A DNA stretch of 55,971 bases from Oscillospiraceae bacterium (GTDB lineage: Bacteria > Bacillota > Clostridia > Oscillospirales > CAG-272), in assembly GCA_015063855.1 (NCBI GenBank), contig SVTI01000002.1:1-55971 (forward strand), read 5' to 3'. A program made the translations under genes and the position numbers. How positions within the stretch are numbered: position 1 is the stretch's first letter; every line of letters begins with the position of its first letter. Below, piece by piece: positions 42,939 through 53,206 of this stretch. The notes under the pieces are model-generated. The model was not told the origin of the DNA. It did no database searches and saw nothing but the letters and a program-made list of their open reading frames with translations.

Positions 42939-44786
42939 ATGGCAAAGATTATTGGTATCGACTTAGGTACAACTAACTCATGTGTAGCGGTATACGAGGG
43001 CGGCGAGCCTATCGTTATCCCCAACCCCGAAGGTGCAAGAACTACACCTTCCGTAGTAGCATTCTCCAAGGACGGAGAAAGAATGGTAGGTCAGGTTGCT
43101 AAGCGCCAGGCTATTACCAATCCCGATAAGACAATAATGAGTATCAAGCGTGAGATGGGTACTAACTACAAGGTAGCTATCGACGATAAGAACTATACTC
43201 CCCAGGAAATTTCCGCAATGATCCTTCAGAAGCTCAAGGCTGATGCAGAGGCATATCTCGGTACTACAGTATCTCAGGCGGTTATCACAGTTCCCGCATA
43301 CTTCTCCGACGCTCAGCGTCAGGCGACAAAGGATGCAGGTAAGATCGCAGGTCTTGAGGTTATGAGAATTATTAATGAGCCTACAGCGGCTGCGCTTGCT
43401 TACGGCATGGATAAGGAGCAGGATCAGAAGATCCTTATCTTCGACCTCGGCGGCGGTACCTTCGACGTATCTCTGCTTGAGATCTCCGACGGTGTATTCG
43501 AGGTTCTTGCAACTGCAGGTAACAACCGTCTCGGCGGTGATGACTTTGATAAGAGAGTTATCGACTGGATAGCAGAGACATTTGCTAAGGAAAACGGCGG
43601 TCTTGATCTCCGTAAGGATAAGATGGCTCTCCAGAGACTTAAAGAGGCTGCAGAGAAGGCTAAGATCGAGCTTTCCGGCATGGCTTCCTCTAACATTAAC
43701 CTTCCCTTCATCACAGCAGACGCTACAGGTCCCAAGCATTTTGATGCAACTCTTTCCAGAGCTAAGTTCAACGAGATCACAGCAGATCTCGTAGAGGCTA
43801 CAATGGAGCCTACAAGACGTGTTCTTAAGGATTCCGGACTCAGCACATCTCAGGTTGATAAGGTGCTTCTCGTTGGTGGTTCCAGCCGTATTCCCGCAGT
43901 TCAGGAAGCGGTTAAGAACTTTATCGGTAAGGAACCCTTTAAGGGTATTAATCCCGACGAATGTGTAGCACTCGGTGCGGCAGTTCAGGCAGGCGTTCTC
44001 GGAGGCGACGTAAAGGACCTTCTCTTACTTGACGTAACACCCCTTTCTCTCGGTATCGAGACCCTCGGTGGTGTATTCAATAAGATCATCGAAAGAAATA
44101 CTACCATTCCTACCAAGAAGAGCCAGATCTATTCTACCGCGGCAGACGGTCAGACCTCTGTAACGGTTCACGTTCTTCAGGGTGAAAGAGAAATGGCAAG
44201 CGGTAATACTACTCTCGGTCAGTTCAACCTTGACGGTATCGCTCCCGCTCCCCGCGGTGTTCCTCAGATCGAGGTAACCTTCGATATCGACGCTAACGGT
44301 ATCGTTAATGTAACTGCGCAGGATAAGGGTACAGGTAAGGAGCAGCATATCACCATAACCTCCTCCACCAATATGTCACAGGAGGATATCGATCGCGCAG
44401 TTAAGGAAGCTGAAAAGTTCGCAGAAGAGGACAAGAAGCTTAAGGAAGCTGTTGAGATCAAGAATCGTGCAGAGTCTATGATCTTCCAGAGCGAAAAGAC
44501 TCTCGGTGAGATCGGTGATAAGGTTTCCGAAGAGGATAAAGCTCCCGTTAAGGAAGCTCTTGAGAAGCTTAAGGAAACAGTAAAGACTGATAATACAGAT
44601 GCTATCAAGGCTGATACAGAGGCTCTTGAGCAGGCATTCTATAAGATATCCGAAAAGCTCTACCAGCAGGCAGGAGCACAGGGGGAAACCTCAGGCTTTG
44701 CAGGTGCCCAGGGCAATCCCGGTGCAGGTGCTGACGGCACATACTATGATGCCGACTACGAGGATAAGACAGGCGACAATAACTAA
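42939..44786 (+). CDS. dnaK: molecular chaperone DnaK (Hsp70)
   Basis: [24 protein letters not shown] and [14 protein letters not shown] signatures. Confidence 0.98.
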   Translation: MAKIIGIDLGTTNSCVAVYEGGEPIVIPNPEGARTTPSVVAFSKDGERMVGQVAKRQAITNPDKTIMSIKREMGTNYKVAIDDKNYTPQEISAMILQKLKADAEAYLGTTVSQAVITVPAYFSDAQRQATKDAGKIAGLEVMRIINEPTAAALAYGMDKEQDQKILIFDLGGGTFDVSLLEISDGVFEVLATAGNNRLGGDDFDKRVIDWIAETFAKENGGLDLRKDKMALQRLKEAAEKAKIELSGMASSNINLPFITADATGPKHFDATLSRAKFNEITADLVEATMEPTRRVLKDSGLSTSQVDKVLLVGGSSRIPAVQEAVKNFIGKEPFKGINPDECVALGAAVQAGVLGGDVKDLLLLDVTPLSLGIETLGGVFNKIIERNTTIPTKKSQIYSTAADGQTSVTVHVLQGEREMASGNTTLGQFNLDGIAPAPRGVPQIEVTFDIDANGIVNVTAQDKGTGKEQHITITSSTNMSQEDIDRAVKEAEKFAEEDKKLKEAVEIKNRAESMIFQSEKTLGEIGDKVSEEDKAPVKEALEKLKETVKTDNTDAIKADTEALEQAFYKISEKLYQQAGAQGETSGFAGAQGNPGAGADGTYYDADYEDKTGDNN

Positions 44787-44798
44787 TTAGCGAAAGGA

Positions 44799-44828
44799 AA
44801 TGCACACTGCCGAAAGACAGTGTGCATT
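44799..44828 (+). terminator. dnaK-dnaJ intercistronic hairpin (partial terminator or processing site)
   Basis: AATGCACACTG / CAGTGTGCATT 11-bp stem. A T6 run begins 8 nt downstream. Confidence 0.5.
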
Positions 44829-44844
44829 TACACGGTTTTTTCAG

Positions 44845-45978
44845 ATGGCTGACAAAAGAGATTATTATGAGGTGCTCGGTATAGAGAAGGGTGCGAGTGA
44901 GACTGAGATCAAAAAGGCTTACCGTACTATGGCGAAGAAATACCATCCCGATCTTAATCCAGGGGACAAGGATGCCGAGCAGAATTTTAAAGAGGTAAAC
45001 GAGGCTTACTCCGTTCTTTCCGATGCCGATAAAAAAGCGAGATACGACCAGTACGGTCACGCAGGTGTCGATCCTACAATGGGTGGGGACGGCGGCTTTG
45101 GCGGCTTTGGAGGCTTCGGCGGCTTCGGCGGCTTCGATTTCGGAGATATTTTCGGAGACATATTTGGAGGTGCAAGCTCTGGCAGAGCAAGAAACGGTCC
45201 TGTAAGGGGTAATGATATAACCGTAGAGGTTACCATTTCCTTCGAGGATTCCTTCTTTGGCTGTAAGAAGGAGATTAATTACAAGAAGATAGAAAAATGT
45301 CCCGAATGCTCGGGAAGCGGTGCCAAGAAGGGAACGTCTCCCGAGACCTGTCCTACCTGTCACGGTTCGGGTACCGTGCGCGTTCAGCAGAGAACCGCAT
45401 TCGGAGTAATGCAGTCTACACGTCAGTGCGATAACTGTCGCGGTACAGGTAAGATCATCAAGAACCCCTGTGATAACTGCAGAGGAACGGGCTACGTAAG
45501 GGTATCAAAGAAGATAGACGTAAATATACCCCAGGGTATTTCGGACGGACAGAGAATATCTCTTCGCGGCTTGGGTGATGACGGAAGAAACGGCGGATCG
45601 GCAGGTGACCTTCTTATTTACGTTAACGTTCGTCCCCATCATATTTTTGAGCGCGGCGGCAATACGCTATACTGTGAGCTTCCCATAACCTTTACCGAGG
45701 CGGCACTCGGTGCTGAGATAACAGTACCCACGCTTGAGGGTGACGTTAAATACGTGATTCCCGAGGGAACTCAGACCGGCAGTATCTTCAGACTTAAGAA
45801 TAAGGGTATGCCCAACGTAAACAATCCCAAGAATAAGGGTGATCTTGAGTTTACTGTGGTTGTCGAGGTTCCGAAGAATCTTGACTCCAAGCAGAAGGAT
45901 CTGCTTCGCAGCTTCGCAGACGCTTGCGGTGAGAAGAATTATCAAAAGAAGAAAAAATTCTTTGACAGGAAGAAATAA
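44845..45978 (+). CDS. dnaJ: molecular chaperone DnaJ
   Basis: J domain ([22 protein letters not shown]...HPD). G/F-rich region. Four CxxCxGxG zinc-finger repeats. Start taken at ATG 44845 (MADKRDYY), which has no clear SD. Confidence 0.93.
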   Translation: MADKRDYYEVLGIEKGASETEIKKAYRTMAKKYHPDLNPGDKDAEQNFKEVNEAYSVLSDADKKARYDQYGHAGVDPTMGGDGGFGGFGGFGGFGGFDFGDIFGDIFGGASSGRARNGPVRGNDITVEVTISFEDSFFGCKKEINYKKIEKCPECSGSGAKKGTSPETCPTCHGSGTVRVQQRTAFGVMQSTRQCDNCRGTGKIIKNPCDNCRGTGYVRVSKKIDVNIPQGISDGQRISLRGLGDDGRNGGSAGDLLIYVNVRPHHIFERGGNTLYCELPITFTEAALGAEITVPTLEGDVKYVIPEGTQTGSIFRLKNKGMPNVNNPKNKGDLEFTVVVEVPKNLDSKQKDLLRSFADACGEKNYQKKKKFFDRKK

Positions 45979-45990
45979 GGGGTAGAAGAA

Positions 45991-46920
45991 ATGAATTGGA
46001 TTCAAATTAAGGTTACGTGCAGAACAGAGGATCTCGACTCTGTTGTATCCCTTATGAGTGTGCTTGACAGTCACCTTATGATCGAGGACTACAGCGACAT
46101 AGAGACAGGTCTTAATACCTGCTACGGTGAGCTTATAGACGAGAGTATACTTAATGCGGACAAGACTCATGCCAAGGTAAGCATGTATGTCGACGAGACC
46201 AAGAATTACAACGATTACGTTCTTTTCATTAAGGACAGGCTTCGTGATCTCGATCTTGCGGATAAGACCGAGGTAGAGATAATCGGTGTAGATGATGAGG
46301 ATTGGTTCAACTCCTGGAAGCGCTTCTACCATCCCTTGAAGATAGGAGAGCATCTTAAGATCGTGCCCATGTGGGAGGATTATGAACCCGAAGAGGGTGA
46401 GATAGTTGTTAAGATGGATTCCGGTATGGCTTTCGGATCGGGAACTCATGAGACCACCCGTCTCTGTGCTACTCTTATAGAGAAGTATATGGAAAAGGAT
46501 ATGCATGTGCTTGATGTGGGTACGGGAAGCGGTATTCTTGCTATATGTGAGTCAAAGCTCGGTGCTAAGGATATCAATGCCTACGATATCGACCCTATTG
46601 CTGTTCGTGTGGCTCTTGAAAACGCGGAGAAGAACGATGTCCATAACATTAAGTGCGGAGTGTCCGATCTTTTGAAGGACGTTGATATGTCGGGTGGTGC
46701 TTACGACTTTATAAGTGCCAACATTGTGGCAGAGATAATAATTCGTATGACTCCCGATCTTGCGAGGGTTACCAAGATCGGTTCTCTTGTATGCGTGTCA
46801 GGTGTTATTGAGGAATATGCAAACGATGTTATCGAATGTATGGAAAAGCATGGATTTGCCATAGTTGACATTATGACCGACAATGACTGGAAGGGCATAG
46901 TATTTAAGCGAGTTTTATGA
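45991..46920 (+). CDS. prmA: ribosomal protein L11 methyltransferase
   Basis: GMAFGSGTHETTRLC and VLDVGTGSGILAI SAM-binding motifs. Lies downstream of dnaJ. Confidence 0.9.
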   Translation: MNWIQIKVTCRTEDLDSVVSLMSVLDSHLMIEDYSDIETGLNTCYGELIDESILNADKTHAKVSMYVDETKNYNDYVLFIKDRLRDLDLADKTEVEIIGVDDEDWFNSWKRFYHPLKIGEHLKIVPMWEDYEPEEGEIVVKMDSGMAFGSGTHETTRLCATLIEKYMEKDMHVLDVGTGSGILAICESKLGAKDINAYDIDPIAVRVALENAEKNDVHNIKCGVSDLLKDVDMSGGAYDFISANIVAEIIIRMTPDLARVTKIGSLVCVSGVIEEYANDVIECMEKHGFAIVDIMTDNDWKGIVFKRVL

Positions 46921-46933
46921 TTTATATACAAAG

Positions 46934-46957
46934 AAGGCTTCTTTCGGAGCCTTTTTT
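46934..46957 (+). terminator. rho-independent terminator of the dnaK operon
   Basis: AAGGCTTC / GGAGCCTT stem followed by TTTTTT. Confidence 0.7.
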
Positions 46958-47153
46958 GTGTTATATTCTGTGTAAACAGCGAGTTTTTTGACAGTTGTTT
47001 ACATATTTGTTTTAATGAAATATTAATAATTCATAGTGCAAATTATACAAATCAAATGGGGATAACCCTTATAAATAAACGCTTTTATCGACTTTGTGCA
47101 TTTTCCCTAACATGATTCAATTGTTAATATTCTATAAAAAATAGCGTGTGTAT

Positions 47154-47182
47154 TTGACAAATTGACGAATTTGTAGTATAAT
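47154..47182 (+). promoter_or_regulatory. sigma-70-type promoter candidate with a leader of about 200 nt
   Basis: TTGACA, a 17-nt spacer, then TATAAT. Confidence 0.5.
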
Positions 47183-47382
47183 TGTACAGTAATCGGGAAC
47201 TAAAACTGTATAACTTGGCTATCCGACCGATTTCGGCAAATTGTGTATGAGTCGGTCTGTTGTTATTTTAGACAAACTGTCATGTATAAAGTTTATCGTA
47301 AACCGATTTGCTGTGTTTATATAACACGTATACAAAAATGCTTTCTTAAAAAAAACATGGATTCGTAAAAGGGGATTCTAAT

Positions 47383-48468
47383 ATGTCAAACAGACTTTTT
47401 CAAGGCATTATCCAGCAGATGAAGGATGCTATAGGACGTACTATCGGTATTATTGATGAGAACGGAACCGTTATAGCATGCAGCGAGCTTACCAGAATAG
47501 GCGAAGCACGTCAGGGTGTACGTGACGAGCTTGCATATTCAGAGGAATTTCTCGTATATAAGGAGAGTACATACCGTCCTATCGGCGGAAATGTAAAGTC
47601 CGAGTATGTCGTTTTCGTTGAAGGCGAGGATGAATACGCTCAGCGTAATTCCTTCATTCTTTCCATTATGCTCAACAATATCAAGAGCTTGTATGACGAA
47701 AAATACGATAAGAGTTCTTTTATCAAGAATATTATTCTTGATAATATTCTTCCCAGCGATATTTATATTAAATCCAAGGAGCTTCATTTCAATTCTGACG
47801 TGTACAGAATAGTTTACCTTATCAAGTTCTACGGTAAGCTTGACGTTGTGCCCTTTGAATTGGTACAGAATATGTATCCCGATAAGTCAAAGGACTACGT
47901 TATCAGCGTCGGTGAGAACGATATCGTTCTCGTTCGTGAGGTAAAGCCCAACTATGATTCCAAGGAGATAGAGAAGGTTGCTCATTCTATGGCTGATACC
48001 TTCTCAGGTGAATTCTATACCAGAGTATCCATAGGTATAGGTACGGCTGTTGACAATATCAAGGACCTTGCACGTTCCTACAAGGAGGCGCAGGTTGCTC
48101 TTGAGGTAGGCAAGGTATTTGATACAGAGAAAAACATCATCAGCTATGAGAATCTCGGTATAGGCAGACTTATTTATCAGCTTCCCACCACACTCTGTGA
48201 AATGTTTTTACAAGAGGTCTTTAAGAAGGGCTCACTCGAATCTCTTGACAGCGAGACACTCATGACTATTCAGTGCTTCTTTGAGAATAACCTCAACGTT
48301 TCCGAAACCTCGAGAAAGCTCTTTGTACACAGAAATACTCTTGTCTACAGACTTGAGAAGATCCGTAAGCTTACCGGCCTTGACCTTCGCGAATTCGAGC
48401 ACGCTATCACCTTCAAGGTAGCGCTGATGGTTAAGAAATATCTTACTTCCAAGCCGGTTAAGTTTTAA
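47383..48468 (+). CDS. PucR/CdaR-family transcriptional regulator
   Basis: C-terminal PucR-type HTH (NLNVSETSRKLFVHRNTLVYRLEKIRKLTGLDL). Confidence 0.75.
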   Translation: MSNRLFQGIIQQMKDAIGRTIGIIDENGTVIACSELTRIGEARQGVRDELAYSEEFLVYKESTYRPIGGNVKSEYVVFVEGEDEYAQRNSFILSIMLNNIKSLYDEKYDKSSFIKNIILDNILPSDIYIKSKELHFNSDVYRIVYLIKFYGKLDVVPFELVQNMYPDKSKDYVISVGENDIVLVREVKPNYDSKEIEKVAHSMADTFSGEFYTRVSIGIGTAVDNIKDLARSYKEAQVALEVGKVFDTEKNIISYENLGIGRLIYQLPTTLCEMFLQEVFKKGSLESLDSETLMTIQCFFENNLNVSETSRKLFVHRNTLVYRLEKIRKLTGLDLREFEHAITFKVALMVKKYLTSKPVKF

Positions 48469-48512
48469 GCCCCTTACCGTACACGGTACGGTTATTCCAA
48501 GGAGGAAAACAT

Positions 48513-49196
48513 ATGATTGAATTCAAAAATGTCAGCAAGAAGTATTCAAACGGTACCCTTGCTCTCGATGATGTCAGTCTTACTATAAATGACGGTGAAT
48601 TCGTGTTTATCGTCGGAGAATCGGGCGCAGGTAAGTCTACCATGCTCAAGACCCTTTTCCGTGAAGAGAAGATATCTGCGGGAAAGCTTATTGTAGACGG
48701 ATATGACCTTACAAAGACTCCTAACCGTAAGATCCCATACTATCGCCGTAAGTTAGGTATAGTATTCCAGGATTTTAGACTTTTCCCGAATAAGACGGTA
48801 TTCGAAAATGTAGCCTTTGCCATGCGTGCTATCGGTGTGCCCACAAAGGAGATAAACCGTCGCGTCCCTCAGATACTCAGTATAGTGAACCTTCAGGACA
48901 AATTAAAGAATTTTCCCAGAGAGCTTTCCGGTGGTGAGCAGCAGAGAGTTGCTTTAGCGCGCGCTCTTGCCAACAACCCCAGTATTATAATCGCGGACGA
49001 GCCCACAGGTAATATCGACCCTAAGCTCAGTCTTGAAATAATGAATCTTCTTATAAAGATACATAAGATAGGAAAAACAGTTATAGTTGTTACTCATGAA
49101 AAGAACTTCGTTGATTACTTCAAGCAGAGAGTAATTACCATTAAGGACGGTCATGTAGTTGATGACAAAATAGGAGGTATGTTCGATGCGCAGTAG
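48513..49196 (+). CDS. ftsE: cell division ATP-binding protein FtsE
   Basis: Walker [19 protein letters not shown] signature and Walker B IIIADEPT. Followed by ftsX. Confidence 0.92.
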   Translation: MIEFKNVSKKYSNGTLALDDVSLTINDGEFVFIVGESGAGKSTMLKTLFREEKISAGKLIVDGYDLTKTPNRKIPYYRRKLGIVFQDFRLFPNKTVFENVAFAMRAIGVPTKEINRRVPQILSIVNLQDKLKNFPRELSGGEQQRVALARALANNPSIIIADEPTGNIDPKLSLEIMNLLIKIHKIGKTVIVVTHEKNFVDYFKQRVITIKDGHVVDDKIGGMFDAQ

Positions 49197-50097
49197 ATAC
49201 AGCTTAACGTACCTTATAGGACAATCGATCAAGAGTCTTTCCAGAAACAGTATGATGACTCTTGCTTCGGTAGCAGTTCTTTTATCCTGTCTTTTAGTTA
49301 TGGGAACCTTCTCATTACTTGTTCTTAATATCGACCATAACCTTGAAAAATTAGGAGACATGAATCAGCTCGTGGTATTCTGCGACGTCGACCTCACAGA
49401 GCGGGAGGTAAAGGACGTTGAAAAGAAGATAAGAGCTATTGATAACGTCGACGGTCAAAGCGTAAAGTTTGTTTCCAAGGACGATGTATTAAAGGAAGAG
49501 AAGGCGAAGTATAAGAATAACGAAAAAACTCTTGAGCTCTTCAATGATATTGAGAGGAATAAAAAGAATCCTTATCCCGATAATTTCGTTATTACATATA
49601 AGGATGCATCAAAGGTTGAGGATATGGAATATGAAATATCCAAAATCGAAGGTGTTGAAAAGGTAAATTGCCGTGCCGATCTTGCAGAGTCTATAGAAAA
49701 TCTTAAGAACGGTGTAGTATTTATCTTTATATGGTTCTTGGCAATACTCTTTATTGTAAGTGTATTTGTAATCATCAATACCATTAAACTGGCGGTATTT
49801 TCGCGCAGACAGGAGATATCCATTATGCGTTACGTAGGTGCCACAAGATGGTTTATTACGACTCCCTTTATTTTTGAGGGTGTTATAATAGGTCTTTTAT
49901 CCTCATTACCTGCATTCGGAATACAGTGGTATGCATATTCCACTGTTGTGAAGATAGTTGCAGAGGATTATACAATGCTTTCGTTTATGTCCTTTGATCA
50001 GGTCAAGATAATTATGCTTATCGCCTTTGTCGGTGTTGGTGTAATTACCGGTATTATAGGCAGTGTGATCTCTCTTCGTAAGTATCTTAAGGCGTAA
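49186..50097 (+). CDS. ftsX: cell division permease-like protein FtsX
   Basis: Four TM helices with a large first extracellular loop. 11-nt overlap with ftsE. Confidence 0.88.
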   Translation: MRSRYSLTYLIGQSIKSLSRNSMMTLASVAVLLSCLLVMGTFSLLVLNIDHNLEKLGDMNQLVVFCDVDLTEREVKDVEKKIRAIDNVDGQSVKFVSKDDVLKEEKAKYKNNEKTLELFNDIERNKKNPYPDNFVITYKDASKVEDMEYEISKIEGVEKVNCRADLAESIENLKNGVVFIFIWFLAILFIVSVFVIINTIKLAVFSRRQEISIMRYVGATRWFITTPFIFEGVIIGLLSSLPAFGIQWYAYSTVVKIVAEDYTMLSFMSFDQVKIIMLIAFVGVGVITGIIGSVISLRKYLKA

Positions 50098-50111
50098 GCA
50101 GGGAGGTAATT

Positions 50112-51356
50112 ATGAAAAATACAACAAAAAAATTATTGGCAGCACTTCTTGCGGCAGTAACCTTATTCGCGCTTTTTACTGCGATACCCTGCTCCAAGCT
50201 TGAGGTAGAGGCAGCCCCGGAGATAGATACAAGTCCTGAGGCTGAACAGGCGCTTCGAGATGAGCTTGCCACACTCCAGAGTCAGCAGGCGGATATCAAG
50301 GCACAGCTTGATGCCGCTAAGAATAATGAGGCGGGAGCGATCGCCGAGAAGGAATATCTTGACGCGCTTATCACCTCTACTCTTACAGAGATAGATAAGA
50401 CCAATGCTCTTATCGCTGAATATGATGCACAGATAGCAGACAAGGAAGCGAATATCGCCGATCTTGAGATCGCGTATAACGATAAGCTTGCAGAGCTTTG
50501 CGAAAGACTTCATTTCAATTACATCGAAGGCGAATCCAGTTATCTTGAGATGCTCTTAAACTCGGACAGCTTTGTGGATTTCCTTGTAACTGCCGAGAGA
50601 GTAGGCTATCTGCTCGATTACGACAAGGCGCTTTTAGAGGATGTTGTAAAAACTCTCAGTGATCTGAATACAGAGCATGCGCTTCTTAAGGAATCCAGAG
50701 CCTCTCAGGATGCTCTTCTTGCTGAGCTTGTACAGACCGAGGCAGAGCTTGAAACTCAGCTGGCTGATAACGCGGTATATCTTGAGTCGCTTCAGGGCGA
50801 CAAAGAGGTTCTTCAGGCGGATTACGATGAATTGAAGCGTTTGGAGGATGAGGCTAACGATCAGATCACCCAGATACTTTTAAACAGACCCGTTCCCGAA
50901 CCCGAGCCTGAGCCCGAACCTGAACCTGAGCCTGACAACGGCCCCGGTCCGAGTGTTGCCCCAAATCCTTCAGGAGGCTTTATTCGTCCCGTTTCCGGAT
51001 ATTATGTAAGCTCCGAGTACGGTTGGAGAACACTTTGGGGATATCAGGATTTCCATCTCGGTGTAGATCTTGCGGCGTCCTACGGAACCCCCATATATGC
51101 GGCGGCAGGCGGAACGGTAGTTATTTCCGGTTATCATTACAGCTACGGTAACTATATCCTTATCGACCACGGTAACGGAAAGGCAACGCTTTATGCACAC
51201 AACTCTCAGAACTTTGTTTATGAGGGTCAGACGGTAGCTCAGGGTGAGCATATAGGTAATATCGGATCTACAGGATCTTCTTCCGGTCCCCATCTTCATT
51301 TTGAAGTAAGAGTAAACGGAGAGCATACCAATCCGAGAGACCATTTGTCTTTATAA
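50112..51356 (+). CDS. secreted coiled-coil M23 peptidase (EnvC/PcsB-analogous FtsEX partner)
   Basis: Signal peptide and a coiled coil of about 230 aa. (PE)n linker PVPEPEPEPEPEPEPD. M23 motifs HLGVDLA and GPHLHFEV. Confidence 0.85.
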   Translation: MKNTTKKLLAALLAAVTLFALFTAIPCSKLEVEAAPEIDTSPEAEQALRDELATLQSQQADIKAQLDAAKNNEAGAIAEKEYLDALITSTLTEIDKTNALIAEYDAQIADKEANIADLEIAYNDKLAELCERLHFNYIEGESSYLEMLLNSDSFVDFLVTAERVGYLLDYDKALLEDVVKTLSDLNTEHALLKESRASQDALLAELVQTEAELETQLADNAVYLESLQGDKEVLQADYDELKRLEDEANDQITQILLNRPVPEPEPEPEPEPEPDNGPGPSVAPNPSGGFIRPVSGYYVSSEYGWRTLWGYQDFHLGVDLAASYGTPIYAAAGGTVVISGYHYSYGNYILIDHGNGKATLYAHNSQNFVYEGQTVAQGEHIGNIGSTGSSSGPHLHFEVRVNGEHTNPRDHLSL

Positions 51357-51371
51357 AAGATATGTAATATG

Positions 51372-51402
51372 TGGCATTGGCGGCAGTTTTGCCGCCATGC
51401 CA
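51372..51402 (+). terminator. rho-independent terminator
   Basis: TGGCATTGGCGGCA / TGCCGCCATGCCA stem (one bulge), with T5 9 nt downstream. Confidence 0.55.
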
Positions 51403-51492
51403 TATACCTGTTTTTAACATGTGATGTTAAAAACCGTATATTTGTGTCGTTTTCAGTAATTACGACCTTTTTCCATTAAAACGGAGTATATA

Positions 51493-52692
51493 ATGAAAAA
51501 AAGATTTTCCCTATTGACCCTTATTATCAGTATACTTGTTGCTATATTGGTAACCTTTCAGATAACCTTTGTTGTATCCTATAAGATAAATCGCGGTGAT
51601 AATTCAGACGTGCAAGAGCTTGTATCCGAAATGGATGATCTTGCGGCTGTTGATTATGTATATAAGAATTATTATTACGGTGATATAGATAAGGAAAAGC
51701 TTGAGCGAGGTCTTATCGAGGGTTATATATACGGTACGGGTGACAGATACGGCGAATATATGGATGCCGAACGTTATGCCGAGTTTACCAGTGATAATAA
51801 CGGTGAGAATGTTGGTATCGGTATCAACGTTGTCGAAAACCGGGACAGTTCCGCTATAGAGATAGTTAACGTCGTTCCCGATTCTCCTGCAGAAAAGGCA
51901 GGCCTCCTTGTAGGAGATATGATAATCTCGGTAGAGGGTGAATCGGTAGTTGATATCGGATATTCCTTTGCCCTTGTGAAAATGCAGGGTGAGAAGGGCA
52001 CTAAGGCAAGCTTTGTTGTCCTTCGCGATTCCGAGACTATAGAATTTTCCGTCAAGCGCGCTACCATAACACAGCTTAACGTAGCAGGAAGAATGAATGA
52101 TGACGGTGTGACGGGTATTATCCGAATAGAGGAATTTGATACCACAACTCCAAAGCAATTTAAGAGTGAGATCGAGAAGCTTATCGACGATGGTGCCGAG
52201 AGATTTGTGTTCGATGTAAGAAACAATCCCGGCGGTGACCTTGACAGTATAGTAGAGATCCTTGATTATCTCTTGCCCAAGGGTCCTATCATCCGTATAG
52301 AGGATAAGGATGGTAATGAGACTACTATGGATTCTGATAAGGAGCATCTTGATATGCCTATGGCGGTACTGACCAACGGCGGTACTGCAAGTGCGGCAGA
52401 GCTTTTTGCCTCGGCATTACAGGATTATGAGGCGGCAGCACTTGTGGGAGAGACCACCTACGGAAAGGGAAGTATGCAGACGATAGTTCCCTTGAATGAC
52501 GGTGCAGCCCTTCGAATAACCTACAGAATGTATAAGCCGCCAAAGTCGGAGTGCTATGACGGTATCGGTGTCAAGCCTGATATCAAGTGTGAGCTTTCCG
52601 AAGAAGCGGCAAATAAGAGCATTTATAAGCTGACAGACGAAGAGGATACACAGCTTATGCGTGCAATAGAATATTTAAATACAGGAAAATAA
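51493..52692 (+). CDS. S41-family carboxy-terminal processing protease
   Basis: N-terminal TM anchor. PDZ domain (VVPDSPAEKAGLLVGDMIISVEG). RNNPGG, GGTASAAE (Ser nucleophile) and TYGKG (Lys) motifs. Confidence 0.88.
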   Translation: MKKRFSLLTLIISILVAILVTFQITFVVSYKINRGDNSDVQELVSEMDDLAAVDYVYKNYYYGDIDKEKLERGLIEGYIYGTGDRYGEYMDAERYAEFTSDNNGENVGIGINVVENRDSSAIEIVNVVPDSPAEKAGLLVGDMIISVEGESVVDIGYSFALVKMQGEKGTKASFVVLRDSETIEFSVKRATITQLNVAGRMNDDGVTGIIRIEEFDTTTPKQFKSEIEKLIDDGAERFVFDVRNNPGGDLDSIVEILDYLLPKGPIIRIEDKDGNETTMDSDKEHLDMPMAVLTNGGTASAAELFASALQDYEAAALVGETTYGKGSMQTIVPLNDGAALRITYRMYKPPKSECYDGIGVKPDIKCELSEEAANKSIYKLTDEEDTQLMRAIEYLNTGK

Positions 52693-52711
52693 TTTTTAAG
52701 GAGATATGATC

Positions 52712-53182
52712 ATGGAACCCATCAAAGTAACCCCCGAAGGTTTAAAAAAATTACAGGATGAGCTTGAGTATTTAAAGACTACCAAGCGTAAGGAAAACGT
52801 TGAGGCTATCAGAGTTGCGCTTTCCTTCGGTGACCTTTCCGAGAACAGTGAGTACGACGAGGCTAAGACCGAGCAGGGTAAGACCGAGAGCCGTATTATA
52901 GAGCTCGAGGAGATGCTCAAGAACGTTAAGGTTATTAGCGAACATGAGATCAAGACCGATATTGTTAACGTTGGTAACTTAGTTCTTGTTTATGACGTCG
53001 ATTTCGATGAAGAGATCGAGTACAGCGTTGTAGGTTCTACAGAGGCTAATCCCCTTGAGAACAAGATCTCCGATCAGTCTCCTATCGGCAAGGCACTCCT
53101 TGGCGCAAAGGTTGGAGATACCGTTGCCTTTGAAACTCCCGGCGGAGAAGCAAGCTTAAAGATTTTAAAGATCTCCAAGTAA
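52712..53182 (+). CDS. greA: transcription elongation factor GreA
   Basis: LTPEG-like N-terminus ([16 protein letters not shown]), then [13 protein letters not shown] and SPIGKALLG. Start taken at ATG 52712, 8 nt after AAGGAGA. Confidence 0.93.
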   Translation: MEPIKVTPEGLKKLQDELEYLKTTKRKENVEAIRVALSFGDLSENSEYDEAKTEQGKTESRIIELEEMLKNVKVISEHEIKTDIVNVGNLVLVYDVDFDEEIEYSVVGSTEANPLENKISDQSPIGKALLGAKVGDTVAFETPGGEASLKILKISK

Positions 53183-53206
53183 TCGATAATAAGAAGGACA
53201 CTAAAA

